Origin: Fidelibacterota bacterium
Lineage (GTDB): Bacteria; Fidelibacterota; Marinisomatia; Marinisomatales; UBA2128
Reading direction: 5' to 3'
NCBI GenBank assembly: GCA_046861645.1
Contig: JBHHUM010000004.1
Location: 1 to 58,063, forward strand
DNA: 58,063 bases
Shown here: piece by piece, positions 18,910 through 28,529 of the stretch
How the letters are laid out: each line of letters begins with the position of its first letter
Numbering within the stretch: the stretch's first letter is position 1
Program-made: the position numbers and the translations under genes
Notes under the pieces: model-generated
Told to the model about the DNA's origin: nothing
The model's input: only the letters and a program-made list of their open reading frames with translations
Databases searched by the model: none

Positions 18910-20328
18910 ATGTCGCAGGATATACGAGAGATCAGCAAGTCCAAAACCTCTTACAGGACTATCATTGAGCCCTTCAAGATCAAGTCGGTGGAAGCTATAC
19001 GGTTGACGAATCGCCCCGAGCGGGAGGAGATTCTAAGGAAAGCTGACTACAACGTGTTTCTGATAAAGGCTCGGGATGTAATTATTGATCTATTAACTGA
19101 CAGTGGCACCAGTGCTATGAGTGCTGGGCAGTGGAGTGCCATCATGGGTGGTGACGAAGCTTATGCCGGGAGTGACAGCTACGACCGGTTTGAGTCGATG
19201 GTGAAGAGCACCTTTGGGTTTAAACACGTTATACCTACGCACCAGGGTCGGGCTGCCGAACGAATATTATTTTCGGTAATGTGTAGGGAGGGAGATATTA
19301 TTCCCAATAATACTCATTTTGATACGACCCGTGCCAACGTGGAATTTCAGGGAGCTGTAGCTGAGGATATGGTGATAGAGGAGGGCAAAGATCCCCAGAG
19401 TCTGCATCCTTTTAAAGGGAATATGGACCTCGAGAAATTAGAGAGGCTCATCAAAAGTGTTGGGAAAGAGAAAATCCCCCTCTGCATGATCACGGTAACA
19501 AATAATTCTGGTGGTGGTCAACCAGTTTCGCTGGAGAATATTCGTGCCACGAAAGAGCTGCTCTCCCGCTATGGAATTCCCCTTTACTTGGATGCCTGTC
19601 GCTTTGCGGAGAATGCTTATTTTATTAAGCTTCGGGAAAAGGGGTATTCGGGAAAACATGTTCGCGACATCACTTGGGAAATGATGAGTTATGCCGATGG
19701 ATGCACCATGAGCGCAAAAAAAGATGGTCTTGCCAATATCGGTGGCTTTCTCTGTACTAATGATGATCTTCTGGCTCAGCAGGAAAGGGAATTACTTATT
19801 TTGACGGAAGGATTTCCCACGTATGGTGGTCTGGCCGGAAGAGATCTGGATGCCATTGCTGTTGGATTGGAGGAGGTACTTCACGAAGATTATTTACTTT
19901 ACCGTATTTCCGAGACACGCTATCTTGGTGAACATCTGCAGGAGGTTGGATATCCAATTGTACAACCTCCAGGTGGACATGCTGTTTATATTGATGCCAA
20001 AGCGACATTACCCCATATTCCACCATTGCAGTTGCCAGGTCAGGCTTTGGTGGCAGAGCTCTATGCAGCTGCTGGCATACGGGCAGTGGAGATCGGAACA
20101 TTAATGTTTGGTCGGATTGATCCGGAGACAGAGAAAGAACTGCCTGCAGATATGGAGCTGGTACGACTGGCTATCCCCCGTCGTGTGTATACACAGAGTC
20201 ATATTGACTATGTTGTTGAAGGATGTAAACGTGTCTGGGAAAACCGGGAATCACTGGTGGGATACCAGATTGTCGAACAGTCTAAGTTTCTGCGCCATTT
20301 TACCGCCCGACTTAAACCTATAACCTGA
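18910..20328 (+). CDS. tnaA: Tryptophanase (PLP-dependent beta-eliminating lyase)
   Basis: IDLLTDSGT, THQGRAAE, MSAKKD (PLP Lys). HFDTT, GIRAVEIG and LRHFTA are the TnaA variants rather than the tyrosine phenol-lyase variants (FTTT, ERG, LRFF). Confidence 0.88.
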   Translation: MSQDIREISKSKTSYRTIIEPFKIKSVEAIRLTNRPEREEILRKADYNVFLIKARDVIIDLLTDSGTSAMSAGQWSAIMGGDEAYAGSDSYDRFESMVKSTFGFKHVIPTHQGRAAERILFSVMCREGDIIPNNTHFDTTRANVEFQGAVAEDMVIEEGKDPQSLHPFKGNMDLEKLERLIKSVGKEKIPLCMITVTNNSGGGQPVSLENIRATKELLSRYGIPLYLDACRFAENAYFIKLREKGYSGKHVRDITWEMMSYADGCTMSAKKDGLANIGGFLCTNDDLLAQQERELLILTEGFPTYGGLAGRDLDAIAVGLEEVLHEDYLLYRISETRYLGEHLQEVGYPIVQPPGGHAVYIDAKATLPHIPPLQLPGQALVAELYAAAGIRAVEIGTLMFGRIDPETEKELPADMELVRLAIPRRVYTQSHIDYVVEGCKRVWENRESLVGYQIVEQSKFLRHFTARLKPIT

Positions 20329-20353
20329 CTTACGTCTCATCTTGAGGTGATTC

Positions 20354-21520
20354 ATGAAAACCATATTACCCGGATTACTTATCCTTGCTAGCCTGTACAG
20401 CCAATCTTCTAATCGCCTGCATTTTAATTCCTATATAGCCGATACTCACAATGATGTCCTCTTACGTGTATTAAGTGGTGAAGATATTACGGAGTGGACT
20501 ACCAGCGGTCACTCAGACATCCCTCGCCTTTTGGCAGGTGGTATGGATGCCCAGGTTTTCTCTATCTGGGTTAATCCCTCGGAATTTCTCCCAGACCGAG
20601 CTTTCTCTCGGGCAAATGAGATGATTGATGCCCTGGAGGAGGTAGTAGCTGCAGCTCCAGAAAATGTAGGAATTGCGGACTGTTATGCGGATCTAATCCA
20701 GTTGGAACAAGAAGGGAAGCTGGCCGCAGTGATCGGAGTGGAGGGAGGTCATGCAATTGAAAGCAGCATTGCCAACCTGGAGGCACTGTATAATCGGGGA
20801 ATGCGTTACTTGGGGGTAACTTGGAATAATTCTAATTCGTGGGCTACATCAGCAAAGGACGAAGTAGAATCTGATAGCCTAAAATTTAAAGGACTAACTG
20901 ATTTTGGTCGGAAAATTATTCGCCGTTGTAACGAGTTGGGAGTAATGGTGGATGTGTCTCACGCTGGCGAGCAGACTTTCTGGGATATCCTGGAAATAAG
21001 TACCAAACCGGTCATAGCCTCTCATTCTTCGGTCTATGCGCTCTGTCCTCACTTCAGAAACCTTAAAGACGATCAGCTACAAGCAATAAAAAAGAATGGG
21101 GGTGTGGTTTTCGTCAACTTTTATCCCGGATATATTGACAGCACTTATAGTCTGAAAGCAACCGATATCCGTGAGAGTCACAAAACAGAATTGGATTCAT
21201 TAAAATCTCTATACGGGGAGGATTCTGATGACTTTTGGTATGCATCCATAGCTCTTCTTGAGGAAGAATTAGGAGCAGTAGCACCATCTGTGGATGTACT
21301 AGTGGATCATATAGATTATATTGCCAAACTCCTTGGTCCTGAGTATGTAGGTTTGGGGTCAGATTTTGATGGTGTGGATGTGCTTCCGCAAGGACTGGAG
21401 GATTGTACCAAGTTACCAGTTATTACTAAAAAATTGCAGGAACGGGGTTATTCTGAAAAAGATATTCGCAAGATACTGGGAGGGAATTTCAGGCGGGTAT
21501 TTAAGGAGGTTGTTGGTTAA
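20354..21520 (+). CDS. Secreted membrane dipeptidase (peptidase M19)
   Basis: DTHND, GVEGG, DVSH, IASHS, RNLKDD, HIDY, GLGSDFDG, KILGGNF. Confidence 0.92.
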   Translation: MKTILPGLLILASLYSQSSNRLHFNSYIADTHNDVLLRVLSGEDITEWTTSGHSDIPRLLAGGMDAQVFSIWVNPSEFLPDRAFSRANEMIDALEEVVAAAPENVGIADCYADLIQLEQEGKLAAVIGVEGGHAIESSIANLEALYNRGMRYLGVTWNNSNSWATSAKDEVESDSLKFKGLTDFGRKIIRRCNELGVMVDVSHAGEQTFWDILEISTKPVIASHSSVYALCPHFRNLKDDQLQAIKKNGGVVFVNFYPGYIDSTYSLKATDIRESHKTELDSLKSLYGEDSDDFWYASIALLEEELGAVAPSVDVLVDHIDYIAKLLGPEYVGLGSDFDGVDVLPQGLEDCTKLPVITKKLQERGYSEKDIRKILGGNFRRVFKEVVG

Positions 21521-21522
21521 GA

Positions 21523-21557
21523 AACCTTCAAGGTTCGCTAAACCTTGAAGGTTACAA
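21523..21557. repeat. REP-like palindrome, left of RAYT
   Basis: AACCTTCAAGGTT-CGCTA-AACCTTGAAGGTT, a perfect 13-bp stem, followed by ACAA. Confidence 0.85.
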
Positions 21558-21611
21558 TCAGAGCAGGTTACAATCAGAGCAGGTTACAATCAGAGCAGGT
21601 TACAATCAGAG
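21549..21611 (+). repeat. 16-bp tandem repeat, about 3.9 copies of AGGTTACAATCAGAGC
   Basis: Directly visible; begins inside the right arm of the left REP. Confidence 0.95.
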
Positions 21612-21622
21612 AGATAAAAAAC

Positions 21623-22171
21623 TTGAAGTATCATAAAGAAGGTCACTATCATTTGTATAATCGTGGTGTTGACCGTCGGGATATCTTCTTCGATAACAGG
21701 GATTATTTATTTTTCCTAAAACGATTTAAATTGTTCAAGACACGATATAAGGTTTCAGTGATATCCTACTGTTTGATGCCTAACCATTTCCACCTCTTTT
21801 TAAAACAAAACAGTGAAAAACACTCTATCGGGAAGATGATTGGGGACTTGACAAACTCTTATACAAAAGCAATCAATGTTAAATATGAAAGAATAGGGGT
21901 ATTATTTGAGGGGCCGACGAAATCTAAATCAGTCGAGGAGAACTCGCATTTTCTTTGGCTGGTGAAGTATATATTGACAAATCCTGTTCGGGCTGGGCTA
22001 TCTCAAAAAGTTGAGGATTGGGAATACTCGAGCGCCCAAGATCTACTTGGTCTTAGGGATGGAACACTTGTTGAAAAAGGCGAAGTTCTATCTTGGTTTG
22101 AATCTCCTTCTCATTTTAGCGATTTTATTCGTGATGAGGGTCTTAAATTTGACTATAGTATATTCTTCTAA
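21623..22171 (+). mobile_element. REP-associated tyrosine transposase (RAYT / IS200-like HUH Y1)
   Basis: YHLYNRG..R.DIF, YCLMPNHFHL (HUH), YILTNPVRAGL, WEYSS. Start likely TTG 21623; the ORF track extends it to 21545 through the repeat. Confidence 0.88.
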
Positions 22172-22177
22172 CAGTTG

Positions 22178-22212
22178 TTGTAACCTTCAAGGTTCGCCAA
22201 ACCTTGAAGGTT
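22178..22212. repeat. REP-like palindrome, right of RAYT
   Basis: TTGT-AACCTTCAAGGTT-CGCCA-AACCTTGAAGGTT, same stem as the left copy. Confidence 0.85.
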
Positions 22213-22215
22213 TAT

Positions 22216-23850
22216 TTAATACTTGATATGGAGTGGAATCTCTGGTTGAAGCTCGCTTTTCAGGTTTTGATCCCAATCATTATTCTTCAGATTTGCCATC
22301 CCCCATCCGGTTAGATATACCAGTTTAGCAACCTTTTCCAACTTAGAGAAATTGATCTTATCTCTTGTGTCAGTCGGTTGATGATAGTCTTCGTGGATTC
22401 CGGCGAAATAAAAAATGATCGGGATGCCATGCTTAGCAAAGTTGTAGTGATCACTTCGGTAATAAAAACGATTAGGGTCATCGAGGGAATTGTAGCGATA
22501 ATCGAGCCAAAGATTGTCAATGTATTTAGCTGCTGTTTCATTCATATTGTGCAAGTCTTTACTGATCATATCAGACCCAATAATGTAGATGCTGTCAGGG
22601 GCATTTCGACCAATCATGTCAATGTTTAAGTCTGTAATGATATCTTCGAGCGAAATAAAAGGATGTTCGATATAGTAATGTGATCCCAGAAGACCCTTTT
22701 CCTCTCCAGCAACAGCTAAAAATAAGAAACTCCGGGGCGCTCGTTTAGAGTTGGAAGCCATCGCCTCTGCGATTTCTAATACTGCTGAGGTTCCAGAGCT
22801 ATTATCATCAGCGCCGTGCCAGATGGTACCCTTACTATCGATACCGAGGTGATCATAATGTGCTGAAATAATCACAGTTTCGTGACGCAGCTCCGGGTCG
22901 TTCCCGGGAAGTAATCCAGCTACATTTTGCGTTACTACTGTTTCTTTGTCAAGAGCTACGGAGAAAAACAGTTTTGAACCGATTATGCTGCTTGAGGTAG
23001 AGGTTCCTTCTTCAATCTCCTGTTGCAGTTGACGAAGAGATTTTCCGGTAGCCGAGAGCAGACGGTTGGCTGTCCTTTCATTGATGAAGAAGACGGGAGC
23101 CGGTGTCTGCGGTGAAGGTAGAGCCATGGCCTCCTGCATAAGCCATCGTTCCCACCGCTTTAATCGGTCTGAAAACAGGGTCTTTGAACGGGGGTTAAAA
23201 GTAATAAGAATAGCAGCAACTCCATTACTCCGGGCGGTGGCAATTTTTTGTCGAACATCACCGAGATGGGTTTCTGTCTCGCCAGTGAAGTAGTCTGATC
23301 CGGGGATTTCCGGTTGGCCATCGATGATCAGCACAACCTTATCTTTGACATTAATTTCAGCATATTCGTCCCATTCATGTTCTGGGGCCGTGATACCATA
23401 GCCGGCAAAGACCAGTGGAGCCTGTCCTTCTACCGATCCAGTAAGCCCTCGTGGGGAAACAAAAAAATCTTCACCGTACTGGAACTTCTCCCGCGACCAA
23501 CCTTCAGCCTGGTTCTCGATTAGCATCAAACGAATATCATCAGTAAGTTGAATTTTGATGACTTCAAACTTTTGGAAATAGGTACCCTCTGCCCCAAATG
23601 GTTCGAGACCAAAACGGCGAAATTGGGAAGCGATATATTCGGCGGCGACCTGAAGTCCAGGTTGACCTGTCCCACGACCGGCAGCTGCGTCCGAGGATAA
23701 AAAGTCGAGGTGAGCCTGCAGGTCACGAGCATTGATTGTATTCATACCAGTGGCGGCTGCAGCTACGTTTAAGAGAGCGCCTGTAGAAGTGGGGCCTTGT
23801 CCATACAGCAAAGTAGATAAGAGCAGAAGTTGTGGGATATTCTTAAGCAA
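22216..23850 (-). CDS. Secreted M28 family aminopeptidase with PA domain
   Basis: SAHYDHLG, GADDNSSG, GEEKGLLGS, LNIDMIGR, RSDHYNF, HEDYHQPTD; PA insert FAGYGI...DEY. Start likely TTG 23850; the longer ORF overlaps fabG on the opposite strand. Confidence 0.9.
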   Translation of the reverse strand: MLKNIPQLLLLSTLLYGQGPTSTGALLNVAAAATGMNTINARDLQAHLDFLSSDAAAGRGTGQPGLQVAAEYIASQFRRFGLEPFGAEGTYFQKFEVIKIQLTDDIRLMLIENQAEGWSREKFQYGEDFFVSPRGLTGSVEGQAPLVFAGYGITAPEHEWDEYAEINVKDKVVLIIDGQPEIPGSDYFTGETETHLGDVRQKIATARSNGVAAILITFNPRSKTLFSDRLKRWERWLMQEAMALPSPQTPAPVFFINERTANRLLSATGKSLRQLQQEIEEGTSTSSSIIGSKLFFSVALDKETVVTQNVAGLLPGNDPELRHETVIISAHYDHLGIDSKGTIWHGADDNSSGTSAVLEIAEAMASNSKRAPRSFLFLAVAGEEKGLLGSHYYIEHPFISLEDIITDLNIDMIGRNAPDSIYIIGSDMISKDLHNMNETAAKYIDNLWLDYRYNSLDDPNRFYYRSDHYNFAKHGIPIIFYFAGIHEDYHQPTDTRDKINFSKLEKVAKLVYLTGWGMANLKNNDWDQNLKSELQPEIPLHIKY

Positions 23851-23941
23851 GGTACGAGAAATTACAGTTTTGGAGACTAAGAAAAAAGTGTGGATGTAGG
23901 AAGATAGAGTAACGAAATTCGCACTCAGGCTGGAGGACGAC

Positions 23942-24685
23942 ATGAAAGGACTAAAGGACAGAGTTGTATTAGTCACAGGTGCCGGGCAGGGGATCGGCCA
24001 GGCTACAGCAGTTCGCTTTGCTGACGAAGGATCTAAGGTGATTGTGGCTGAATACAATGCTGATACAGGTGAAGCCGTAACGACCCAGATTAACAAGAGT
24101 GGCGGTGAAGCCCTATTTGTTCAAGTGGATATTGCCCATCCGGAGAGCGTAAAGGCCATGGTATCGCAAGTGATGACTACGTTTGATCACCTGGATGTTT
24201 TGGTAAATAATGCGGGGGTTATCAAGGATAATACCCTGCAGAAAATGACCGAGGAAGAGTTCGACCGGGTTTTGTCTGTGAATCTTAGAGGCACCTACAA
24301 TTGTACACAGGCCGCAGCAGAAATAATGCGTGAGCAGGGTTCCGGCGTGATCCTGAATGCAGCTTCAGTAGTGGCTCTTTACGGTAATTATGGTCAGACG
24401 AACTATGTGGCTTCTAAAGCTGGTATTATTGGTATGACGAAGGTTTGGGCTCGGGAATTGGGTAAGGACGGAATTCGAGTAAATGCAGTAGCACCCGGGT
24501 TTATTGCCACGGATATGACCGCTGGTATCCCTGACAGTGTCTTGGAAATGATGATGAAGAAAGTTCCACTTCGCAGGATGGGTGAAGCTGAAGAGGTAGC
24601 GTCTGTTTATGCCTGGTTGGCCAGTGATGATGCCAGTTATGTCACCGGAGCGGTAATCAGTGTTGATGGTGGAGTGGTGGTTTGA
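23942..24685 (+). CDS. fabG: SDR oxidoreductase, 3-oxoacyl-ACP/acetoacetyl-CoA reductase family
   Basis: [24 protein letters not shown] (YxxxK), [12 protein letters not shown]; GGAGG RBS. Confidence 0.85.
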   Translation: MKGLKDRVVLVTGAGQGIGQATAVRFADEGSKVIVAEYNADTGEAVTTQINKSGGEALFVQVDIAHPESVKAMVSQVMTTFDHLDVLVNNAGVIKDNTLQKMTEEEFDRVLSVNLRGTYNCTQAAAEIMREQGSGVILNAASVVALYGNYGQTNYVASKAGIIGMTKVWARELGKDGIRVNAVAPGFIATDMTAGIPDSVLEMMMKKVPLRRMGEAEEVASVYAWLASDDASYVTGAVISVDGGVVV

Positions 24686-24715
24686 TTGTTGCCTCAGAGA
24701 TTATAGGGAGTACTC

Positions 24716-24829
24716 ATGGAGATCGAGAAGAGTTCAACAGAGTATAAGATTAAGGCAACCAATCGCATGATCAATAGAGTGGTTTCTGAAATATATGGTT
24801 TGATTGAAGAAGAGGTAATGATTGTGTAA
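24716..24829 (+). pseudogene. Remnant resembling the C-terminus of a type IIG-like restriction-modification protein
   Basis: MEIEKSSTEYKIKATNRMINRVVSEIYGLIEEEVMIV resembles the I..TD.EID.LVYELYGLTEEEI.IV tail of such enzymes. Confidence 0.5.
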
Positions 24830-24864
24830 GAAAGCTTTAGTTAAGATCAATTTCCTTTTTTCAC

Positions 24865-25270
24865 TTACCATCAATCAGGTTTGTGACATGTACCTTTATC
24901 GTCCTCAAGTACATCTGAGAATAGACTCTTATTCAGAACCCCTTTCCTGATGGGTTTGTAGAAATCTGCTACTGGAAGTAGAACTTTACTTGGGTATCTA
25001 TAGGGATTCAATATCCCTATTTTTTTCTTCAAGGTTTTTCGCACAATCTTTATCGGTTCAAGAAGGTCACTGTCGTTGGAAACCACCACTCCAACATCAT
25101 ATTTATCCTGATAGGCGTCGTTAAGAAGATGTGTGGCAAGATTGACATCCGAGCCTTTTTCCTCTGTTTTGATTACGTGGGCATACCTGTTTTTCCCGAT
25201 TGGGTTTACCAGGGGTAGTCTCACGGAATGTGAAAGGAAGTGGCCGTAAGTTATTTTCTTTATATTTCAA
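24865..25270 (-). pseudogene. NYN/PIN-domain nuclease, N-terminally truncated
   Basis: ITYGHFLSH, EEKGSDVNLA..LL.DA, VVSNDSDL. The N-terminal D..N motif is missing, and a TGA precedes the expected terminal Trp (KPD*W*). Confidence 0.75.
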
Positions 25271-25532
25271 CCTCTTTTTGAAATCCTGTCTTACTTGGGT
25301 TATGGCTAATACCATTCACCTCAAGAAGAACAGTATTAAATAAATGTATGCTTCCCCAACTGTTCATCACAACACATTTTTATCCTTAAAGTAAGATCCA
25401 CTCAAAGGACGGTCTCGCAGCCTGCACCGAAGTGACAGGGGTGATAAGGAATTCGACCCTTGGGACAAAGTTATTGGTTATTTCTCTTATATTTTATTCT
25501 CTTATTACAATCCCGCAGAAGTGGGGCGATAG

Positions 25533-28238
25533 CTACATGTTGGTAAGTACTGCCTGTGCCGCCGCCAGTCTGGCAATAGGCACACGGAAAGGCGAGCAGC
25601 TGACATAATTTAATCCTGTCCTGTGACAGAAGTCTATGGAGTCGGGGTCTCCACCGTGCTCGCCACAAATCCCTACCTTTAACTCTGGACGTGCAGATTT
25701 TCCTTTCTCTACTCCGATTTTCACCAATTGTCCTACACCATCCTGATCTAGCGACTGGAATGGATCGTGAGAGAGAATTTTTTCCTCCAGATAGGTAGGC
25801 AGAAATCCCCCGATATCATCCCGAGAGAAGCCAAAGGTTGTCTGTGTAAGATCATTGGTACCAAACGAGAAGAACTCCGCAGTTTTCGCCACTTCATCTG
25901 CTGTTAAACAGGCCCGGGGGATCTCAATCATAGTTCCTACGAGGTAGGGGAATTCAATACCGGTTTCTTGGGTAACGTCTTTAGCTATCTTCCGCACCAG
26001 ATTTTCCTGATGGCGAAACTCAGCGGCAGTACTGATGAGAGGAATCATAACCTCAGGGAAGACTTCGACACCTTCCTGGGTGAGTTTCACCGTTGCCTCA
26101 AAAATTGCTCGGGCCTGCATTTCGGTAATCTCAGGATAAGCAATGCCCAGGCGGCAACCCCGATGCCCTAACATGGGATTCAATTCATGGAGAGCTTCAA
26201 TACGAGCTTTCAACTTTCCTTCCTCTACATGGAGCTCTTGGGAGAGATCTCTGATCTGCTCATTGGTTAAAGTAACGAATTCATGTAGTGGTGGGTCCAG
26301 GAGTCGGATCGTAACGGGAAAGCCGTGCATGGCTTTAAGAATATCGTAGAAATCCTGTCGTTGAAACGGGAGGAGTTTCATAACAGCTTGGCGGCGAGCT
26401 TCTTCAGTTTCGGCGACAATCATTTCCCTCATGGCGGTAATGCGCTCAGGATCAAAGAACATATGTTCAGTTCGGCACAGTCCAATTCCTTCTGCGCCAA
26501 AGGCGCGGGCCTGCATAGCATCCTCCGGGCGCTCGGCATTCGCCCGTATACTAAGAGACCTTACCTCATCTGCTAATTCCATGACTCTTAGGAAGGCTTT
26601 ATTGTTAAGGGGATCCGCTGGGACGAGGGGTAAGATGTCACGATAGACATTTCCTTTGGTACCATTCAGGGTGATCCAATCACCCTCATTCAGTACCTGT
26701 CCGTTAACTGTGATAATCTTCTTGGCACGGTTAATATTCAGGGCGCCGCAGCCAACGATGCAGCACTTGCCCCACCCCCGAGCTACCAGTGCTGCATGGC
26801 TGGTCATGCCACCTTTAGCGGTCAGAATAGCGGCGGCGGCATGCATTCCATGGACATCCTCTGGAGACGTTTCGTTTCTAACCAGTACGACCTGTTTGCC
26901 GTCTGCTGCCCAGGTTTCAGCATCATCCGCAGAAAAGACAATTTGTCCGCTGGCGCCGCCGGGACCGGCGGGTAAGCCCCGGGCCAAAACCTTTGTACTG
27001 GCTTCTGCATCAGGATCAACTATTGGATGCAAAAGTTCGTCCAGATGATCTGAGTTTACTCGTTGCAGGGCTTCTTCTCTTGAAATTAAGTCCTCGTCAT
27101 ACATGTCTATTGCCATTTTAATGGCAGCAAAGCCATTACGCTTCCCGACCCGAGTCTGCAACATCCATAATCGACCGTCCTCAATGGTAAATTCGATATC
27201 TTGCATATCACGGTAGTGAGTATCCAAGTGCTTCTGAATCCTGTCAAGCTCAACATAGAGTTCGGGCATGGTCTCTTCCAGAGAGGGAAGATTTGCGTTT
27301 TTTCTGGTTTTACCGGCGATGTTAATTGGATAGGGAGTCCGTGTACCAGCCACGACATCTTCTCCCTGAGCATTAGACAACCATTCCCCGTAGAACATGT
27401 TTTCACCTGTAGCGGGATTACGGGTGAAAGCCACGCCAGTGGCAGATTTTTCGCCCGTATTTCCAAACACCATGGCCTGTACGTTCACAGCAGTACCCAT
27501 CTCGTCCGGTAAGCCTTCAATCCGGCGGTAGGCTACAGCCCGTTTTCCATTCCAGGACTGAAAGACTGCGCCGATTCCTCCCCAGAGCTGATCATAAGGA
27601 TCATCTGGAAATTCTTCACCCAAGACGTCCCGAACGGTTGCCTTAAAAGATTCAGACAACTCTTGCCAGTCATCACCGTCCAACTCCGTATCCTGTGAAA
27701 CGCCCTTGGCTGCTTTGCGTTTTTCTATCTGCTCTTCCAGCCTTTCTCGTATCCCTATGCCGTCCTTAGGTTCAATGTCTGCCGCTTTTTCCATTACTAC
27801 GTCAGAATACATCATGATGAGGCGGCGATAGGCATCGTATACAAAACGGGGATTCTGTGTTCTTTCAATAAGTGCTGGTATGGTTTTTGAAGTGAGACCC
27901 ACATTCAGAACAGTCTCCATCATTCCAGGCATTGATATGGCTGCTCCGGAACGGACGGAAACCAGCAAAGGGTTCCGGGAATCTCCAAACTTCTTCTCCA
28001 TGATAGCTTCTACGCTTTGTAGAGCATCTGACACTTGATCTTTCAACTCGGGAGGATATTTTTTATTGTGATCATAAAAGTAAGAACAAACTTCTGTTGA
28101 AATTGTAAAGCCGGCCGGTACCGGAATACCCAAGTTAGTCATCTCAGCGAGATTAGCACCCTTACCTCCTAATAAAGCTTTCATCTCTACATTACCATCA
28201 GCCTTGCCGCTACCGAACCTGAAAACATACTTTTTCAT
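25533..28238 (-). CDS. ppdK: Pyruvate, phosphate dikinase
   Basis: LLGGKGANLAEM, LLVSVRSGA, GGMTSHAA (phospho-His), GLCRTEHMF, FSFGTNDLTQ, GICGEHGG. Start placed at MKKYVF. Confidence 0.97.
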   Translation of the reverse strand: MKKYVFRFGSGKADGNVEMKALLGGKGANLAEMTNLGIPVPAGFTISTEVCSYFYDHNKKYPPELKDQVSDALQSVEAIMEKKFGDSRNPLLVSVRSGAAISMPGMMETVLNVGLTSKTIPALIERTQNPRFVYDAYRRLIMMYSDVVMEKAADIEPKDGIGIRERLEEQIEKRKAAKGVSQDTELDGDDWQELSESFKATVRDVLGEEFPDDPYDQLWGGIGAVFQSWNGKRAVAYRRIEGLPDEMGTAVNVQAMVFGNTGEKSATGVAFTRNPATGENMFYGEWLSNAQGEDVVAGTRTPYPINIAGKTRKNANLPSLEETMPELYVELDRIQKHLDTHYRDMQDIEFTIEDGRLWMLQTRVGKRNGFAAIKMAIDMYDEDLISREEALQRVNSDHLDELLHPIVDPDAEASTKVLARGLPAGPGGASGQIVFSADDAETWAADGKQVVLVRNETSPEDVHGMHAAAAILTAKGGMTSHAALVARGWGKCCIVGCGALNINRAKKIITVNGQVLNEGDWITLNGTKGNVYRDILPLVPADPLNNKAFLRVMELADEVRSLSIRANAERPEDAMQARAFGAEGIGLCRTEHMFFDPERITAMREMIVAETEEARRQAVMKLLPFQRQDFYDILKAMHGFPVTIRLLDPPLHEFVTLTNEQIRDLSQELHVEEGKLKARIEALHELNPMLGHRGCRLGIAYPEITEMQARAIFEATVKLTQEGVEVFPEVMIPLISTAAEFRHQENLVRKIAKDVTQETGIEFPYLVGTMIEIPRACLTADEVAKTAEFFSFGTNDLTQTTFGFSRDDIGGFLPTYLEEKILSHDPFQSLDQDGVGQLVKIGVEKGKSARPELKVGICGEHGGDPDSIDFCHRTGLNYVSCSPFRVPIARLAAAQAVLTNM

Positions 28239-28529
28239 AGTGATATCCTTTTTTCTGACAGAAGAGTCATAATACAAGTCGCAAATTTAATGTGAATTAT
28301 CCGACAGCAAAATGAATATAGAGGCATTGATGAGATTTCTTTGCATAAATCTATAATATTAGGTGCCAAGGAACTCTGCTGACTATACCTTGCTCAGGAT
28401 TAAATTTCTTTGAACCAAACTTGATCAACTATTGAATCCGATAACAAAGTGTGAGGTAGCGAGACGTATTTCGGTTGATTTTAACAGGAATCGTCGTTAC
28501 CATTTACTTTCCTAAAGGAAAGGTCTACG

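Noticed and set aside
18910-20328. Tyrosine phenol-lyase
   Set aside because: The diagnostic positions (FDTT, VEIG, LRHF) match tryptophanase.
21549-21611. CRISPR array
   Set aside because: The 16-bp units are contiguous with no spacers, and no cas genes are present.
23851-24096. N-terminal extension of the M28 peptidase given in the ORF track
   Set aside because: It overlaps fabG on the opposite strand; a signal-peptide-like start exists at 23850.
25400-25470. tRNA-like or ncRNA element (GGGTCGAATTCC on the minus strand, imperfect CCTGCAC-CGAA-GTGACAGG hairpin)
   Set aside because: No cloverleaf or acceptor stem can be built; at most a degenerate hairpin. An Rfam scan would settle it.
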